In this document: piece by piece, positions 18,376 to 28,303 of the stretch
Position numbering within the stretch: position 1 is the first letter of the stretch
Layout of the letters: every line of letters starts with the position of its first letter
Origin: Bacillales bacterium
GTDB taxonomy: Bacteria; Bacillota_I; Bacilli_A; RF39; UBA660
Direction of reading: 5' to 3'
Length of the DNA: 64,000 nt
Assembly (NCBI GenBank): GCA_016288635.1
Contig: JAEEKZ010000046.1
Location: 49,751-113,750, forward strand
Program-made: the position numbers and the translations under genes
Notes under the pieces: generated by a model
Told to the model about the DNA's origin: nothing
Databases searched by the model: none
What the model saw: the letters and a program-made list of their open reading frames with translations, nothing else

Positions 18376-19734
18376 ATGAAAGAATCAATATTTAGAGAAT
18401 ATGATATACGTGGGGTATATCCAACAGACATAAACGAGGAAACAGCTTACACAATAGGAAAAAGTTATGGTTCAATATTACAAGAGAAATATAATCAATC
18501 TACATGTGTTGTTTCTCATGATAATCGTTTATCAAGCGAACCATTAAGCCAAAATTTAATTAAAGGTATTCTTGATAGTGGCTGTAATGTAATTGACTAC
18601 GGACTATCAACAACTCCAATGAATTATTATGCAAGATATTTAAATAATTTATTTGGAATAATGGTAACTGCATCCCATAATCCAAAAGATGATAATGGAT
18701 TTAAGTTTTCATTTGATCACCTAGCAAATGCTAGAGGAGAACAAATTAAGGAATTTAAAGAATATACTCTTGCAGGAAAATTTAAATCTGGTGTTGGAAC
18801 ACTACAAAATGGAAGCCTAAAGGCTCAATACCTAGACTATATGAAAAAAGGAATTAATCTAGGACCTAGACGTATTAGAGCGGTTATTGACTGCGGAAAT
18901 GGTGTTACTTGTTCGGTAGCAAGATCAATCTTCCAACAATTTAATATTGATTATACAATTATTAACGAGGAAAATGATGGTACCTTCCCTAACCACCACC
19001 CAGACCCAGCTGTTAAAGAAAATATGAAACAATTACAACAAGCTGTATTAGATTATAAAGCTGATATAGGTGTTGCTTATGATGGTGATGGTGATAGAAT
19101 CGGATTTGTTAAAAATGATGGTACATTAATGTCAACTGAAGAATTTATGATTATCATCATTAGAGATATTATTAATAAAGTAGATAATAAGAAATTCTTA
19201 TATGATGTTAAATGTTCTAAAGCACTAGAAGATGAAATAATTAAACTTGGCGGAACACCATTTATGTATAGAACTGGAGCAAGTTATACTCAAGCCAAGG
19301 TAAAAGAAGACTCTCTTGCCTTTGGTGGAGAATTATCAGGACATGTATTTTTTAGAGATAAAGTAGCAGATATGGGTTCAGGCATATATGCCTCACTAAG
19401 AATGATTGAAATATTATCAAATACTGAAAAAAACGCCGTTCAATTATGCGAAGGAATTAACAAATACTATGCTACTGAAGAAACTAAAATACCAACAAGC
19501 GATGATGTTAAATTTATGGTAATTGAAAATATTAAAGAGTTCTGTAAAAAACAAAATTTCCAAATAAATGATATAGATGGAATTAGATTAACATTTAAAA
19601 CTGGTTGGGTATTAATGAGAGCAAGCAATACTGGTCCTAACTTAATCTTTAGAGCGGAAGCTGATAATGAAGCAGATCTAAAGCAATTAGAAACATACTT
19701 CAATGAAGTTATAGATCATTATAATGATTATTAA
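18376..19734 (+). CDS. glmM: Phosphohexomutase, probably phosphoglucosamine mutase GlmM
   Basis: Active-site Ser loop TASHNPKDDNGFKF, metal-binding DGDGDR and a GlmM-like size of 452 aa. Confidence 0.7.
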   Translation: MKESIFREYDIRGVYPTDINEETAYTIGKSYGSILQEKYNQSTCVVSHDNRLSSEPLSQNLIKGILDSGCNVIDYGLSTTPMNYYARYLNNLFGIMVTASHNPKDDNGFKFSFDHLANARGEQIKEFKEYTLAGKFKSGVGTLQNGSLKAQYLDYMKKGINLGPRRIRAVIDCGNGVTCSVARSIFQQFNIDYTIINEENDGTFPNHHPDPAVKENMKQLQQAVLDYKADIGVAYDGDGDRIGFVKNDGTLMSTEEFMIIIIRDIINKVDNKKFLYDVKCSKALEDEIIKLGGTPFMYRTGASYTQAKVKEDSLAFGGELSGHVFFRDKVADMGSGIYASLRMIEILSNTEKNAVQLCEGINKYYATEETKIPTSDDVKFMVIENIKEFCKKQNFQINDIDGIRLTFKTGWVLMRASNTGPNLIFRAEADNEADLKQLETYFNEVIDHYNDY

Positions 19735-19737
19735 AAG

Positions 19738-19768
19738 CACTTAAAAATAAGTGCTTTTTTATTGATAT
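19738..19768 (+). terminator. Rho-independent terminator after the glmM-like gene
   Basis: Hairpin AAGCACTT-aaaaat-AAGTGCTT followed by TTTTTT. Confidence 0.5.
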
Positions 19769-19772
19769 TTTT

Positions 19773-19801
19773 TTGCAAATATAAGCATTTTAGAGTATAA
19801 T
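19773..19801 (+). promoter_or_regulatory. Sigma-A type promoter for ftsK
   Basis: TTGCAA, 17-nt spacer, TATAAT, ending 17 nt upstream of the ftsK ATG. Confidence 0.5.
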
Positions 19802-19817
19802 TATATTGGTGAATAAT

Positions 19818-22136
19818 ATGGCAAGAAGGAAAAAAACAAGACAAAATAAAAGTTCTCATAACTTTAGTATAGATTTAACAAGCCTAATCTTAATACTTAT
19901 TGGTGTTATCGGCTTTGGATTTGGCCCAGCGGGAATGTATTTTAAAAAAGGTGCAATGTTCCTTTTAGGCGAAGGATGGATGTTTTTATTAATTGGCCTA
20001 ATTTATGTTGGGCTATATATGCTTATTAAAAGAAAGGCTCCTAACCTTTTCACAATAAAACTAATAGGTATTTATTTATTAGTATTTGTTATTTTATCAG
20101 TTATGCATTTAGCTTTCTTAAAACATGAAACAACTGTTACTGGAATTATTCAAATGACAAAAGATAATTGCTTAGCTAGAGTAAATACTTTTGATGCAAG
20201 TACCGCACTTACATCGACCGGAGATCGTACTATATTAATTGGTGGAGGTATGGTGGGTGCTCTAGGTGTTTCATTACTATCAAACCTTTTCTCTACGTTA
20301 GGTGCTAAAATAGTTCTTGCCGTATTAGGTATATTCTCATTAGTACTAATATTCAATATGAATATTGCTCAATTATTTGAAAAAATATTTGGTGGTTTAA
20401 AAGATATTCCTATTGATGATGGAAAACCTGAAGACTCTAAGAAGAAACACTTAATAATTAATGAAGACGGTATTGTTTATGATAATAATAATGAAACAAA
20501 GGATGCTAAATTAGAACAAACGCTTACATTAGCTTCTGAAGTTGAAGAAATAAAAGAAAAAGAAGAAGTTAAGCCAACAATCATTCACAGTATTGATGAA
20601 ATAAAGAATTTACGTAACAATGAACCCGCTCCTGCTAAAGAGGAAAAGGAACCTGTTATCATTGATAATTACTCTGGAGACTATAAACTTCCACCATTAT
20701 CATTACTTGACCCAGTTAAGGTAAAACATGATAACAATATGGTTGAAGAAGTTAAACAAAACAAAGAAGTATTACAACGAGTATTAAAAGACTTTGGTAT
20801 CGATGCTACAGTTGTAGAAATACATATTGGTCCAGCTGTAACAGAATATGAGATTACTGTTCCTGCTGGAACAAAAGTTAGTAGAATACTTGGTATAAAT
20901 AAAGAAATTGCCCTTGCGCTAGGAGCGAAAGATGTTAGAATTCAAGCCCCTATTCCGGGTAAGAAAGCTATTGGTATTGAATTACCAAACTCTACTATTG
21001 CTGCTGTACAAATTAAAGAAATATTTGATGCTAGCAAGAACTTAAAAACAGCTGGTAAGATTCAAGTATGTTTAGGTAAGAATATCGTAGGAGAAGCAAT
21101 AAATGCTGATATTTCTAAAATGCCTCACCTACTTGTTGCTGGTTCTACTGGATCTGGTAAATCAGTATGTATTAATTCAATGATTTGTTCAATTTTAATG
21201 CGTTACAAACCAAGTGAAGTTAAATTGGTTTTAGTAGACCCAAAGAAAGTTGAACTATCAAATTATAATTTAGTACCTCATCTACTTTGTCCGGTTGTAA
21301 CTAATCCAAAGAAAGCTTCAATAACACTACAAAAGATAGTTGAAGAAATGGAAAGAAGATTCCAACTATTTGCAGACAAAGAATTCAAAAATATCGCAGG
21401 ATATAATGAATGGGTTGAAAAATATAACAAAGAAAACCCAGATAATGAAATAGCTAAAATGCCATTCATTGTAGTAATTATCGACGAATTAGCAGACCTT
21501 ATGATGGTTGCTTCTAAAGAAGTTGAAGATTCAATTACAAGAATAACACAATTAGCTCGTGCTGCTGGTATTCATTTAATTGTAGCAACACAAAGACCAT
21601 CTACAGATGTCATTACTGGTTTAGTTAAAAATAACATTCCATCAAGAATTTCTTTCGCTGTATCAAGTCAAATTGACTCAAGAACAATTCTTGACCAAGC
21701 CGGTGCTGAAAAACTACTAGGACGAGGAGATATGTTATATTTCCCTATGGGAGAAAGTGCTCCTGTCAGAGTTCAAGGATGTTATATATCAGATGATGAA
21801 ATAGAAAGATTAATTGAATATTGTAAAAATCAATCTACTGCACAGTATGATAAAACATTCGAACAAATTCAAGAAATGTCAGAAAGTTCCCTTAGTGGCG
21901 AGGGTTTTGCAGGAGATGATAATTCGGATGACGCAATGTATGATGAAGTATTAGAATTTGCAATCCAAACTGGAAAAATAAGTACATCATTAATTCAAAG
22001 AAGATTTAGATTTGGATACACTAGAGCAGCTAGAATGATGGATTTATTAGAGCAACGTGGTATAGTTGGACCTCAAAATGGATCTAAACCAAGAGACGTT
22101 TTAATTAAAATGGAAGAAAATAACGAAGAAGTATAG
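19818..22136 (+). CDS. ftsK: DNA translocase FtsK/SpoIIIE
   Basis: N-terminal TM helices, linker, and a motor domain with Walker A (GSTGSGKSVCIN) and Walker B (IVVIIDELADLMMV). The C-terminus has a winged-helix gamma domain. Confidence 0.9.
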   Translation: MARRKKTRQNKSSHNFSIDLTSLILILIGVIGFGFGPAGMYFKKGAMFLLGEGWMFLLIGLIYVGLYMLIKRKAPNLFTIKLIGIYLLVFVILSVMHLAFLKHETTVTGIIQMTKDNCLARVNTFDASTALTSTGDRTILIGGGMVGALGVSLLSNLFSTLGAKIVLAVLGIFSLVLIFNMNIAQLFEKIFGGLKDIPIDDGKPEDSKKKHLIINEDGIVYDNNNETKDAKLEQTLTLASEVEEIKEKEEVKPTIIHSIDEIKNLRNNEPAPAKEEKEPVIIDNYSGDYKLPPLSLLDPVKVKHDNNMVEEVKQNKEVLQRVLKDFGIDATVVEIHIGPAVTEYEITVPAGTKVSRILGINKEIALALGAKDVRIQAPIPGKKAIGIELPNSTIAAVQIKEIFDASKNLKTAGKIQVCLGKNIVGEAINADISKMPHLLVAGSTGSGKSVCINSMICSILMRYKPSEVKLVLVDPKKVELSNYNLVPHLLCPVVTNPKKASITLQKIVEEMERRFQLFADKEFKNIAGYNEWVEKYNKENPDNEIAKMPFIVVIIDELADLMMVASKEVEDSITRITQLARAAGIHLIVATQRPSTDVITGLVKNNIPSRISFAVSSQIDSRTILDQAGAEKLLGRGDMLYFPMGESAPVRVQGCYISDDEIERLIEYCKNQSTAQYDKTFEQIQEMSESSLSGEGFAGDDNSDDAMYDEVLEFAIQTGKISTSLIQRRFRFGYTRAARMMDLLEQRGIVGPQNGSKPRDVLIKMEENNEEV

Positions 22137-22193
22137 AATCAATAAATTATTTTTGATATAATATGACATAGTATATGTTAAGGAGAATAAAAT

Positions 22194-22727
22194 ATGGCTA
22201 AAGAAAAAAACAAGTCAACAATTATAACAAATACAATTAAGGCTATTTTAGTGCTTATATTAATCGTTGGACTAGGTCTATACTATAAAGAATGGAAAAG
22301 AGTTAAAAACGAAGAAAAATACTTAAATAGTTATTTAATTGAAACAAAGACTGTTAACTTACAATTAAATTCATTAAAGGAATATTCTCAAATAAAAGAA
22401 GATATGCCTAGCGAATATTTCATTCTAATTAGTTATACTAAAGATAAAAATGTCAATAAGTTAGAAACAAAATTAAAAACAATAATAGATGGTTATTCAT
22501 TACAAAATATATTCTATTATTTAAATGCAACTGACTTATTAACAGAAGACTATTATAAAGAATTAAATAAAGTATTTGGAACAGAAGATATTAAGAAAGC
22601 TCCTGCACTAATATATGTTAAAGATTACAAATTAGAAAAAGTAATTAGCAGCAATAATGATAAATTATTTAATGTTAATGACTTTGAAAAATTATTAAAA
22701 GATAATGAGTATGAAAAAGCTGAATAA
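22194..22727 (+). CDS. Hypothetical membrane-anchored protein
   Basis: 177 aa with a single N-terminal TM helix. No assignable motifs. Confidence 0.4.
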   Translation: MAKEKNKSTIITNTIKAILVLILIVGLGLYYKEWKRVKNEEKYLNSYLIETKTVNLQLNSLKEYSQIKEDMPSEYFILISYTKDKNVNKLETKLKTIIDGYSLQNIFYYLNATDLLTEDYYKELNKVFGTEDIKKAPALIYVKDYKLEKVISSNNDKLFNVNDFEKLLKDNEYEKAE

Positions 22728-22763
22728 AGCTTTTTTTACTTGGCACAAGAAAGAGATGATAAA

Positions 22764-23282
22764 ATGATAAATATAGTGTTATTTGAACCAGAAATACCCC
22801 AAAATACGGGAAACATAATGAGGACCTGTGTAGCAACAAACTCCGTTCTTCATTTAATTAAACCATTAGGATTCAGTCTAGACGAAAAATATATTAAAAG
22901 ATCAGGCGTTAATTACATAGATAATTGTGTTTATCACGTATATGAAAACATTGAAGATTTCTACGAAAAAAATCCTGAAGGAGAATTTTATTATCTAACT
23001 AGATACGGACATAAACCACATACAGTATTTGATTATAGTGACCCAAATAAGAATTATTATTTTATCTTTGGTAAAGAAAGTACTGGTATTCCTAAAAAGT
23101 ATCTTAAACCCCATATAGAACATTGTATGCGCATGCCAATGACCGATAAGGTTAGAGCGTTAAATCTATCTAATACAGTTGCTATAATGACTTATGAGGC
23201 TCTTAGACAACAAAACTATCCCAATTTATTATTTGATGAACCCCATAAAACTAAAACAGAAATTGAAGATTGTGAAGAATAA
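22764..23282 (+). CDS. trmL: tRNA (cytidine/uridine-2'-O)-methyltransferase TrmL (SpoU/TrmH family)
   Basis: N-terminus MINIVLFEPEIPQNTGNIMRTC. I place the start at ATG 22764. The ORF-track start at 22740 is a TTG extension. Confidence 0.8.
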   Translation: MINIVLFEPEIPQNTGNIMRTCVATNSVLHLIKPLGFSLDEKYIKRSGVNYIDNCVYHVYENIEDFYEKNPEGEFYYLTRYGHKPHTVFDYSDPNKNYYFIFGKESTGIPKKYLKPHIEHCMRMPMTDKVRALNLSNTVAIMTYEALRQQNYPNLLFDEPHKTKTEIEDCEE

Positions 23283-23316
23283 AAAAACATCAGTTTACTC
23301 TGATGTTTTTATTTCA
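23281..23316. terminator. Bidirectional terminator between convergent trmL and the 23295-24395 gene
   Basis: Hairpin AAACATCAG-tttactc-CTGATGTTT flanked by an A-run and a T-run. It overlaps the stop of the minus-strand gene. Confidence 0.4.
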
Positions 23317-24395
23317 TTTTGAGTACATTCATATCCCTTTTTATTAATATATGTATCAATAAATTCTTTTTTAGTTGTCTCTTTTATTACTTCTTCAACT
23401 GTATATCTAATAACATAAGGCTTACTTTTCTTTCCACTATAATATACATCATCTGAAGATATTACTTTTTCTGCAACGATAGCTCTAACTTTGCCTTCTT
23501 CGTCATCGTAATACTTTGGATAATTGGTTTGATAAGCATACTCATACTTTATTTTTCCAGCAATTTTTTCAACATTATTAAATTGGACAGTAATTTTTTC
23601 GCTTGTAGCTGAATCATTCAAGGAATCAGTTGATTGTTTTGTGCATACATATGATTCAATTATTTTAGGAATCTTTTTGAATCTTATTGTATCACTTTCA
23701 ACACACTGATCTGTTGAACCCTTTTCACATGTTTTAAGTTTAATGTTTGTTTCTAACTCTACATTAGCGTTAATATCTACTCCCTCATCAACAATAAATT
23801 CACTTTCACATTCCTTATATTTACATTTAACAATAAATTTCTCTGGAATAACACTTTCGCCAACATATAATGTAACTTCTTCTTTATAAATAACTTTTCC
23901 ACCCTCGACACGAGCACGGCCATTATATTTATTTTGTCCACATGTAATTACAAAATCATATGTTCCTTCTTTTGATGTATCAATTTTTGATATATCTACA
24001 ACACAGTTTTCCGATTTAATACCACTAAAAGTAGCATAGAATGTTGGATTCTTAGAAGGACTTGTCTTTAATGAAATTACAACGTTCTTAGGATTAACTG
24101 TATATTCCACTTTTTCTTCTGCTCTTCTTAAAATTAAGAATAACCCAACCGCAATTGCTAATATTAATACTGATATTATAACTAAGAAGAAAGTCTTTTC
24201 TCCTTTTGACATTTCTTTTTTCTTTTCTTTTTTTGGTGGCATAAAGCCAATTTCTTCAGCACTACGTCTAAGTTTAAATTCAGCATATTTATTTGTTTCT
24301 TGAACTGGTTGTTGAGGAGTAGATAACTGCTCTATTTCTTCAGCATTTTCTACCTGACTACCATTATTCATATTGTCCTGATTTGGCATATACAC
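23295..24395 (-). CDS. Hypothetical bitopic membrane protein with a Pro/Gln-rich cytoplasmic N-terminus
   Basis: N-terminal 75 aa are low complexity (PQQPVQ), followed by one TM helix and an extracellular domain rich in beta residues. Confidence 0.4.
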   Translation of the reverse strand: MYMPNQDNMNNGSQVENAEEIEQLSTPQQPVQETNKYAEFKLRRSAEEIGFMPPKKEKKKEMSKGEKTFFLVIISVLILAIAVGLFLILRRAEEKVEYTVNPKNVVISLKTSPSKNPTFYATFSGIKSENCVVDISKIDTSKEGTYDFVITCGQNKYNGRARVEGGKVIYKEEVTLYVGESVIPEKFIVKCKYKECESEFIVDEGVDINANVELETNIKLKTCEKGSTDQCVESDTIRFKKIPKIIESYVCTKQSTDSLNDSATSEKITVQFNNVEKIAGKIKYEYAYQTNYPKYYDDEEGKVRAIVAEKVISSDDVYYSGKKSKPYVIRYTVEEVIKETTKKEFIDTYINKKGYECTQNEIKTSE

Positions 24396-24430
24396 CCTCC
24401 CTATTCTATTTATTATTATAAAACTTTATA

Positions 24431-25753
24431 TTATTCTTGCCAAGACTTAATTATATTCTTAAATTCATCTCCACGGTCTTCAAATTTCTTATAAAAGTCT
24501 TGAGAAGCACTAGCGGTAGATAATAAAACTATATCTCCCGGCTTTACATTTTCTTTAATTTTATCCATTGCATTTTTCAAATATTTACATTCATAACATT
24601 TCTTGCCAATTCCAGCTGCATATTCACAAACTCTTTGTGTAGTTGTACCCACAGCATATATAGTTCCAACATATTTCATATAATCATTTAAATCATTAAA
24701 ATCTTGAAATCTTTCTTGTCCACCAAGAATTAAATGAATATTGCTTTTAAATGTCTTTAAAGCGGTTATAGTAGCCTCTGGATTAGTTGCTTTAGAATCA
24801 TTATAGTATTTAACACCATTTAATTCTGTTACATATTCTAAACGATGTTCAACTCCTCCAAAGTTTTTTAATACTCTTTTAACTGTATCAATATCTAAAT
24901 TGAATTCTTTCATAACTAATAAAGCACATAGTATATTTTCATAATTATGATTTCCTAATAGTTTAATTTCATCTAATCTAATTACTAATTTCTTATCGAT
25001 ATAAATACCTTTATCATCAAAATAATTATTATTATCATTAAAATATTCAACTTTAGATTTAATACCTTGAGAAACTTCCATAGCATCGTTATTAGCTTTA
25101 TTAATAATTGCCAAGCAATTCTCATCATGATTATTAAATATTCTTCCCTTAGTTTGTTTATAATGCTCATAAGAGCCATGATAATCTAAATGAGTTGGAC
25201 TAATATTAGTTAAAACACTTATATCAGTTTTAAAATCACGGAAATCCACTAGTTGATGATCACTAATTTCTAGTAACAAAATAGAATTTTCTTCGATATC
25301 TTTTACAAAACTACATAATGCCGTACCAATATTTCCACCAAGATATACTTTTCTTCCTAAATCTTTAATTAATTCATAAATAATAGTTGACGTAGTTGTC
25401 TTACCATTAGAACCTGTTACACCAATTATTGTAGTACTCTTAGGTAAAAAATGATAAGCAAGTTCTAATTCATTAATCACTTTTAAATTTAATTCTAAAC
25501 ACTTTTGATATACTTTACTAACATATGGTATTGCGGGATTCTTAATAATTAAATCCCAAGAATCATCAATAATATCTTCTTGGTGATCAGAAATGATTAT
25601 TTTTACTCCAAGACTTTCTAACTCTTTTCTATCCTCTTCATTTAATTCTTTCATATCGCACAAAGTAACATCATTGCCTTCGCAAATTAGTTTTGCTGCG
25701 GAAATACCACTTCTTGCTCCACCTAATAATAATATTTTTAAATCCTTATACAT
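24431..25753 (-). CDS. murD: UDP-N-acetylmuramoylalanine--D-glutamate ligase MurD
   Basis: Mur ligase P-loop GVTGSNGKTTT and a MurD-like N-terminal Rossmann motif (LGGARSG). Confidence 0.85.
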   Translation of the reverse strand: MYKDLKILLLGGARSGISAAKLICEGNDVTLCDMKELNEEDRKELESLGVKIIISDHQEDIIDDSWDLIIKNPAIPYVSKVYQKCLELNLKVINELELAYHFLPKSTTIIGVTGSNGKTTTSTIIYELIKDLGRKVYLGGNIGTALCSFVKDIEENSILLLEISDHQLVDFRDFKTDISVLTNISPTHLDYHGSYEHYKQTKGRIFNNHDENCLAIINKANNDAMEVSQGIKSKVEYFNDNNNYFDDKGIYIDKKLVIRLDEIKLLGNHNYENILCALLVMKEFNLDIDTVKRVLKNFGGVEHRLEYVTELNGVKYYNDSKATNPEATITALKTFKSNIHLILGGQERFQDFNDLNDYMKYVGTIYAVGTTTQRVCEYAAGIGKKCYECKYLKNAMDKIKENVKPGDIVLLSTASASQDFYKKFEDRGDEFKNIIKSWQE

Positions 25754-25762
25754 ATATCCTCC

Positions 25763-26944
25763 CTATTTAACCATAACATCTAAATCAACATCGCCTTTTA
25801 TTCCTGGAATTCTTCCTGTTGATGAAAACTGCCACATCTTATATCCTTTATAGCCTGTATCAGTAACATAATGAGCTAGCCAAATATTTTCTATTTGATC
25901 ATCATCCCAATAATTAACCAGATTATTTCTACTACCATAAAGCATTCCTTTATATCCAGCATCTTCAACTGTTTTAATATATGTTTTAGCCATTTCATTT
26001 AATTCATGTAAACTCAAATGATATGTACTCCAGCCATCCCATATTTCCCAGTCAAATACTATTGGTAAATCTAATTTTTCTCCATCTAAAGCATTTAATA
26101 CCCATTCTGCTTCATGCTTTGCCTCATTTACACTTAATGCCTTGCTATATAAATAAACGCCAACTTTTAATCCTGCTGCTTTAGCATTTTTTATATTTTG
26201 TAAATAGTATGAATCCATGACCGGTTCATCACCTGATTTTAACTTTACTCCAATACGCATCATTACAAATGTTGCTCCGGCATCTCGTACCTTTTCAAAA
26301 TCTACATCAGCTTGCCACTTTGAAACATCTATACCCATTTCTGTATTATCATTTTTATACTTTGCATAAGCATCCGCAAATTGAACCGTAGGCATTCTTG
26401 AGGACGAAGTTGTTTTAGATATTTTTTCAACAACTTTAACTTCAAGCGGATGATCTACTTTATTACCTGATGAATCAGTTATATATAAATTAACATTATA
26501 CGTTCCTAGTTTAGTAGTATCATATTCTCCTTCAACTACACATATTGGCGTACTATCATAATAATCTGCAATACGAACTGAATTACATAAATCACCACTA
26601 TAATTTAGTTCCACTGTTTTTGATGATGATCCATGTACTAATGGCGGAGTTGTATCTACAACATTAACTGCAGTTCTCGTAACATACTTTTTATTTTTAT
26701 ATACATAATGAATAGATACATTTTGAATTCCAACATTATTTGTATCTATTACTTCATTCTTATAATCATCAACATTTGTTTCTTTAATCAAATCTTTAAT
26801 TTCTATATGAGAATATACCTCAGGATTAACCGCATTTAATTCCAAAACAACTTCTTGTGGTTGCACTTCTATTTCTTTTCCCTCTTCTTTACAAGCACAT
26901 AAGAATAACAAACACATAAAAATTAATAATAATTTCTTTTTCAT
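25763..26944 (-). CDS. Lipoprotein with a C-terminal GH25 muramidase (lysozyme) domain
   Basis: Lipobox LLFLCAC. N-terminal Ig-like region. GH25 motif GIDVSKWQADVDFEKVRDAGATFVMMRIG. Confidence 0.7.
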   Translation of the reverse strand: MKKKLLLIFMCLLFLCACKEEGKEIEVQPQEVVLELNAVNPEVYSHIEIKDLIKETNVDDYKNEVIDTNNVGIQNVSIHYVYKNKKYVTRTAVNVVDTTPPLVHGSSSKTVELNYSGDLCNSVRIADYYDSTPICVVEGEYDTTKLGTYNVNLYITDSSGNKVDHPLEVKVVEKISKTTSSSRMPTVQFADAYAKYKNDNTEMGIDVSKWQADVDFEKVRDAGATFVMMRIGVKLKSGDEPVMDSYYLQNIKNAKAAGLKVGVYLYSKALSVNEAKHEAEWVLNALDGEKLDLPIVFDWEIWDGWSTYHLSLHELNEMAKTYIKTVEDAGYKGMLYGSRNNLVNYWDDDQIENIWLAHYVTDTGYKGYKMWQFSSTGRIPGIKGDVDLDVMVK

Positions 26945-26994
26945 TTATATCACTAGTTTATTTTATCATTTTTATACTAATTTAAAAAGATAAA

Positions 26995-27027
26995 GAATAT
27001 AAAAAACATCTTATTTACTAAGATGTT
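26995..27027 (-). terminator. Rho-independent terminator at the end of the SipW/TasA-like operon
   Basis: Hairpin AACATCTTA-tttac-TAAGATGTT followed by a T-run on the minus strand. Confidence 0.5.
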
Positions 27028-27732
27028 TTATCTATTTTGAGTAACTATTAATTTAACATTAACAACTATACATTCTTGAGTAGGATGGGCTTGTTGGAAA
27101 CTATATGCTAGATTACCCCAATAAGTATCTGTAGCATCATCACCCGACTCAAAAGGCCATGTAATTTCCATGGAGTATGAACCCGTTTCCCCAACACCCA
27201 AATTAGTTCTATCAGTTAAAAATGTTATTGAAAACGGATAATTTGATTCTAAAAAGTCTTCTAATTCATCACTCGTCATATCATCTTCATTTGGAGTTTG
27301 TCCTCGGTCTAATCTTCCATCAACAGAAACATATTCTGTACCAAGTATATTTGCACTCATAATTTTATATTCCATAGAAGCTGCCATTTCTCCGTCATTT
27401 ATGATATTAATAGAGTCATAGGCATCAGCCATTCCCGGATATACTTCATCTATATCAAACTGTACATATTGAACATTTTGATTATCATCAGTTTTGAAAT
27501 TAATCTGCCAAGATCTAACATGTACATTGATATCGTTGGATACTTCACTGGCATAAATAAACCACGCTAAAGTATTAGCAGTTATCAATACAACTACCAA
27601 TAATAACTGCCATATTTTAACTTTTTTAAATAAGATTTTAAGAATAAACTTAAATTTATTTATTTTAGGCTTATTATTCCTTTTCTTCTCCTCCATTTGA
27701 ATCATCCTCATCGTCTTCTTCATCTTCTTCAT
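27028..27732 (-). CDS. TasA/camelysin-like secreted protein with a SipW-cognate type signal; last gene of the operon
   Basis: Basic N-region, hydrophobic core, then TLAWFIYAS, which fits [TS]-x-A-[YWF]-F. The ORF-track start overlaps the upstream SipW gene by 59 nt, so the true start is probably an internal Met. Confidence 0.5.
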   Translation of the reverse strand: MKKMKKTMRMIQMEEKKRNNKPKINKFKFILKILFKKVKIWQLLLVVVLITANTLAWFIYASEVSNDINVHVRSWQINFKTDDNQNVQYVQFDIDEVYPGMADAYDSINIINDGEMAASMEYKIMSANILGTEYVSVDGRLDRGQTPNEDDMTSDELEDFLESNYPFSITFLTDRTNLGVGETGSYSMEITWPFESGDDATDTYWGNLAYSFQQAHPTQECIVVNVKLIVTQNR

Positions 27733-28303
27733 CTATTTCACTAAACTTTTCAGCTACTATTTGAAGAGATAAAGATACACCAATTATTAACACTATAATA
27801 AAGTATGTAACTATATTATTTGTTAACTTACTTATAAAACTAAGTAAAACTGATTTATATATTACTTTTCCATATATTTGTGATTGAGTTATTTCCTCAT
27901 CTTCAATTGCATTAGCAACACCCTTTGTAATAAAGTGATATTGCTTATCTTCTTCATCAAATTTTTTATCAATTACACGGTGAGTTATTGTAAATCCTTC
28001 ATACTGAATTTTCTCAGTATCAAATGTAACATCATCACCAATTTTTATATCTTTACCTTCAGTCTTTTTAATAAATATAATATCGCCAACTTTATATACC
28101 GGTTCCATTGATCCAGTAGCAACATTATAAATCCTAATACCAAACACAGATATATTCTTACTGCTAGGTATTTTTTGAACTAAAATAATAACTAATAAAC
28201 AAAGTAATATAAAGAATGCAATTCCTTTTCCAATTCCTATAATTAATTTGATTATCTTATTATTATCTATTGCTTCCTTTAATTTAATTATTTTTTTAAT
28301 CAT
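27674..28303 (-). CDS. sipW: Signal peptidase I of the SipW (ER/archaeal) type
   Basis: N-terminal TM helix. Catalytic Ser motif ATGSMEP and His motif ITHRVI. It also has a C-terminal TM helix and an acidic tail. Confidence 0.8.
   Translation of the reverse strand: MIKKIIKLKEAIDNNKIIKLIIGIGKGIAFFILLCLLVIILVQKIPSSKNISVFGIRIYNVATGSMEPVYKVGDIIFIKKTEGKDIKIGDDVTFDTEKIQYEGFTITHRVIDKKFDEEDKQYHFITKGVANAIEDEEITQSQIYGKVIYKSVLLSFISKLTNNIVTYFIIVLIIGVSLSLQIVAEKFSEIDEEDEEDDEDDSNGGEEKE

Noticed and set aside
27674-27732. The 59-nt overlap between the last TasA-like ORF and sipW as evidence of a frameshift or pseudogene.
   Set aside because: The TasA-like ORF has several in-frame Met codons (MRMIQMEEKK...) that reduce the overlap to about 20 nt. 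Short overlaps are the rule throughout this operon.
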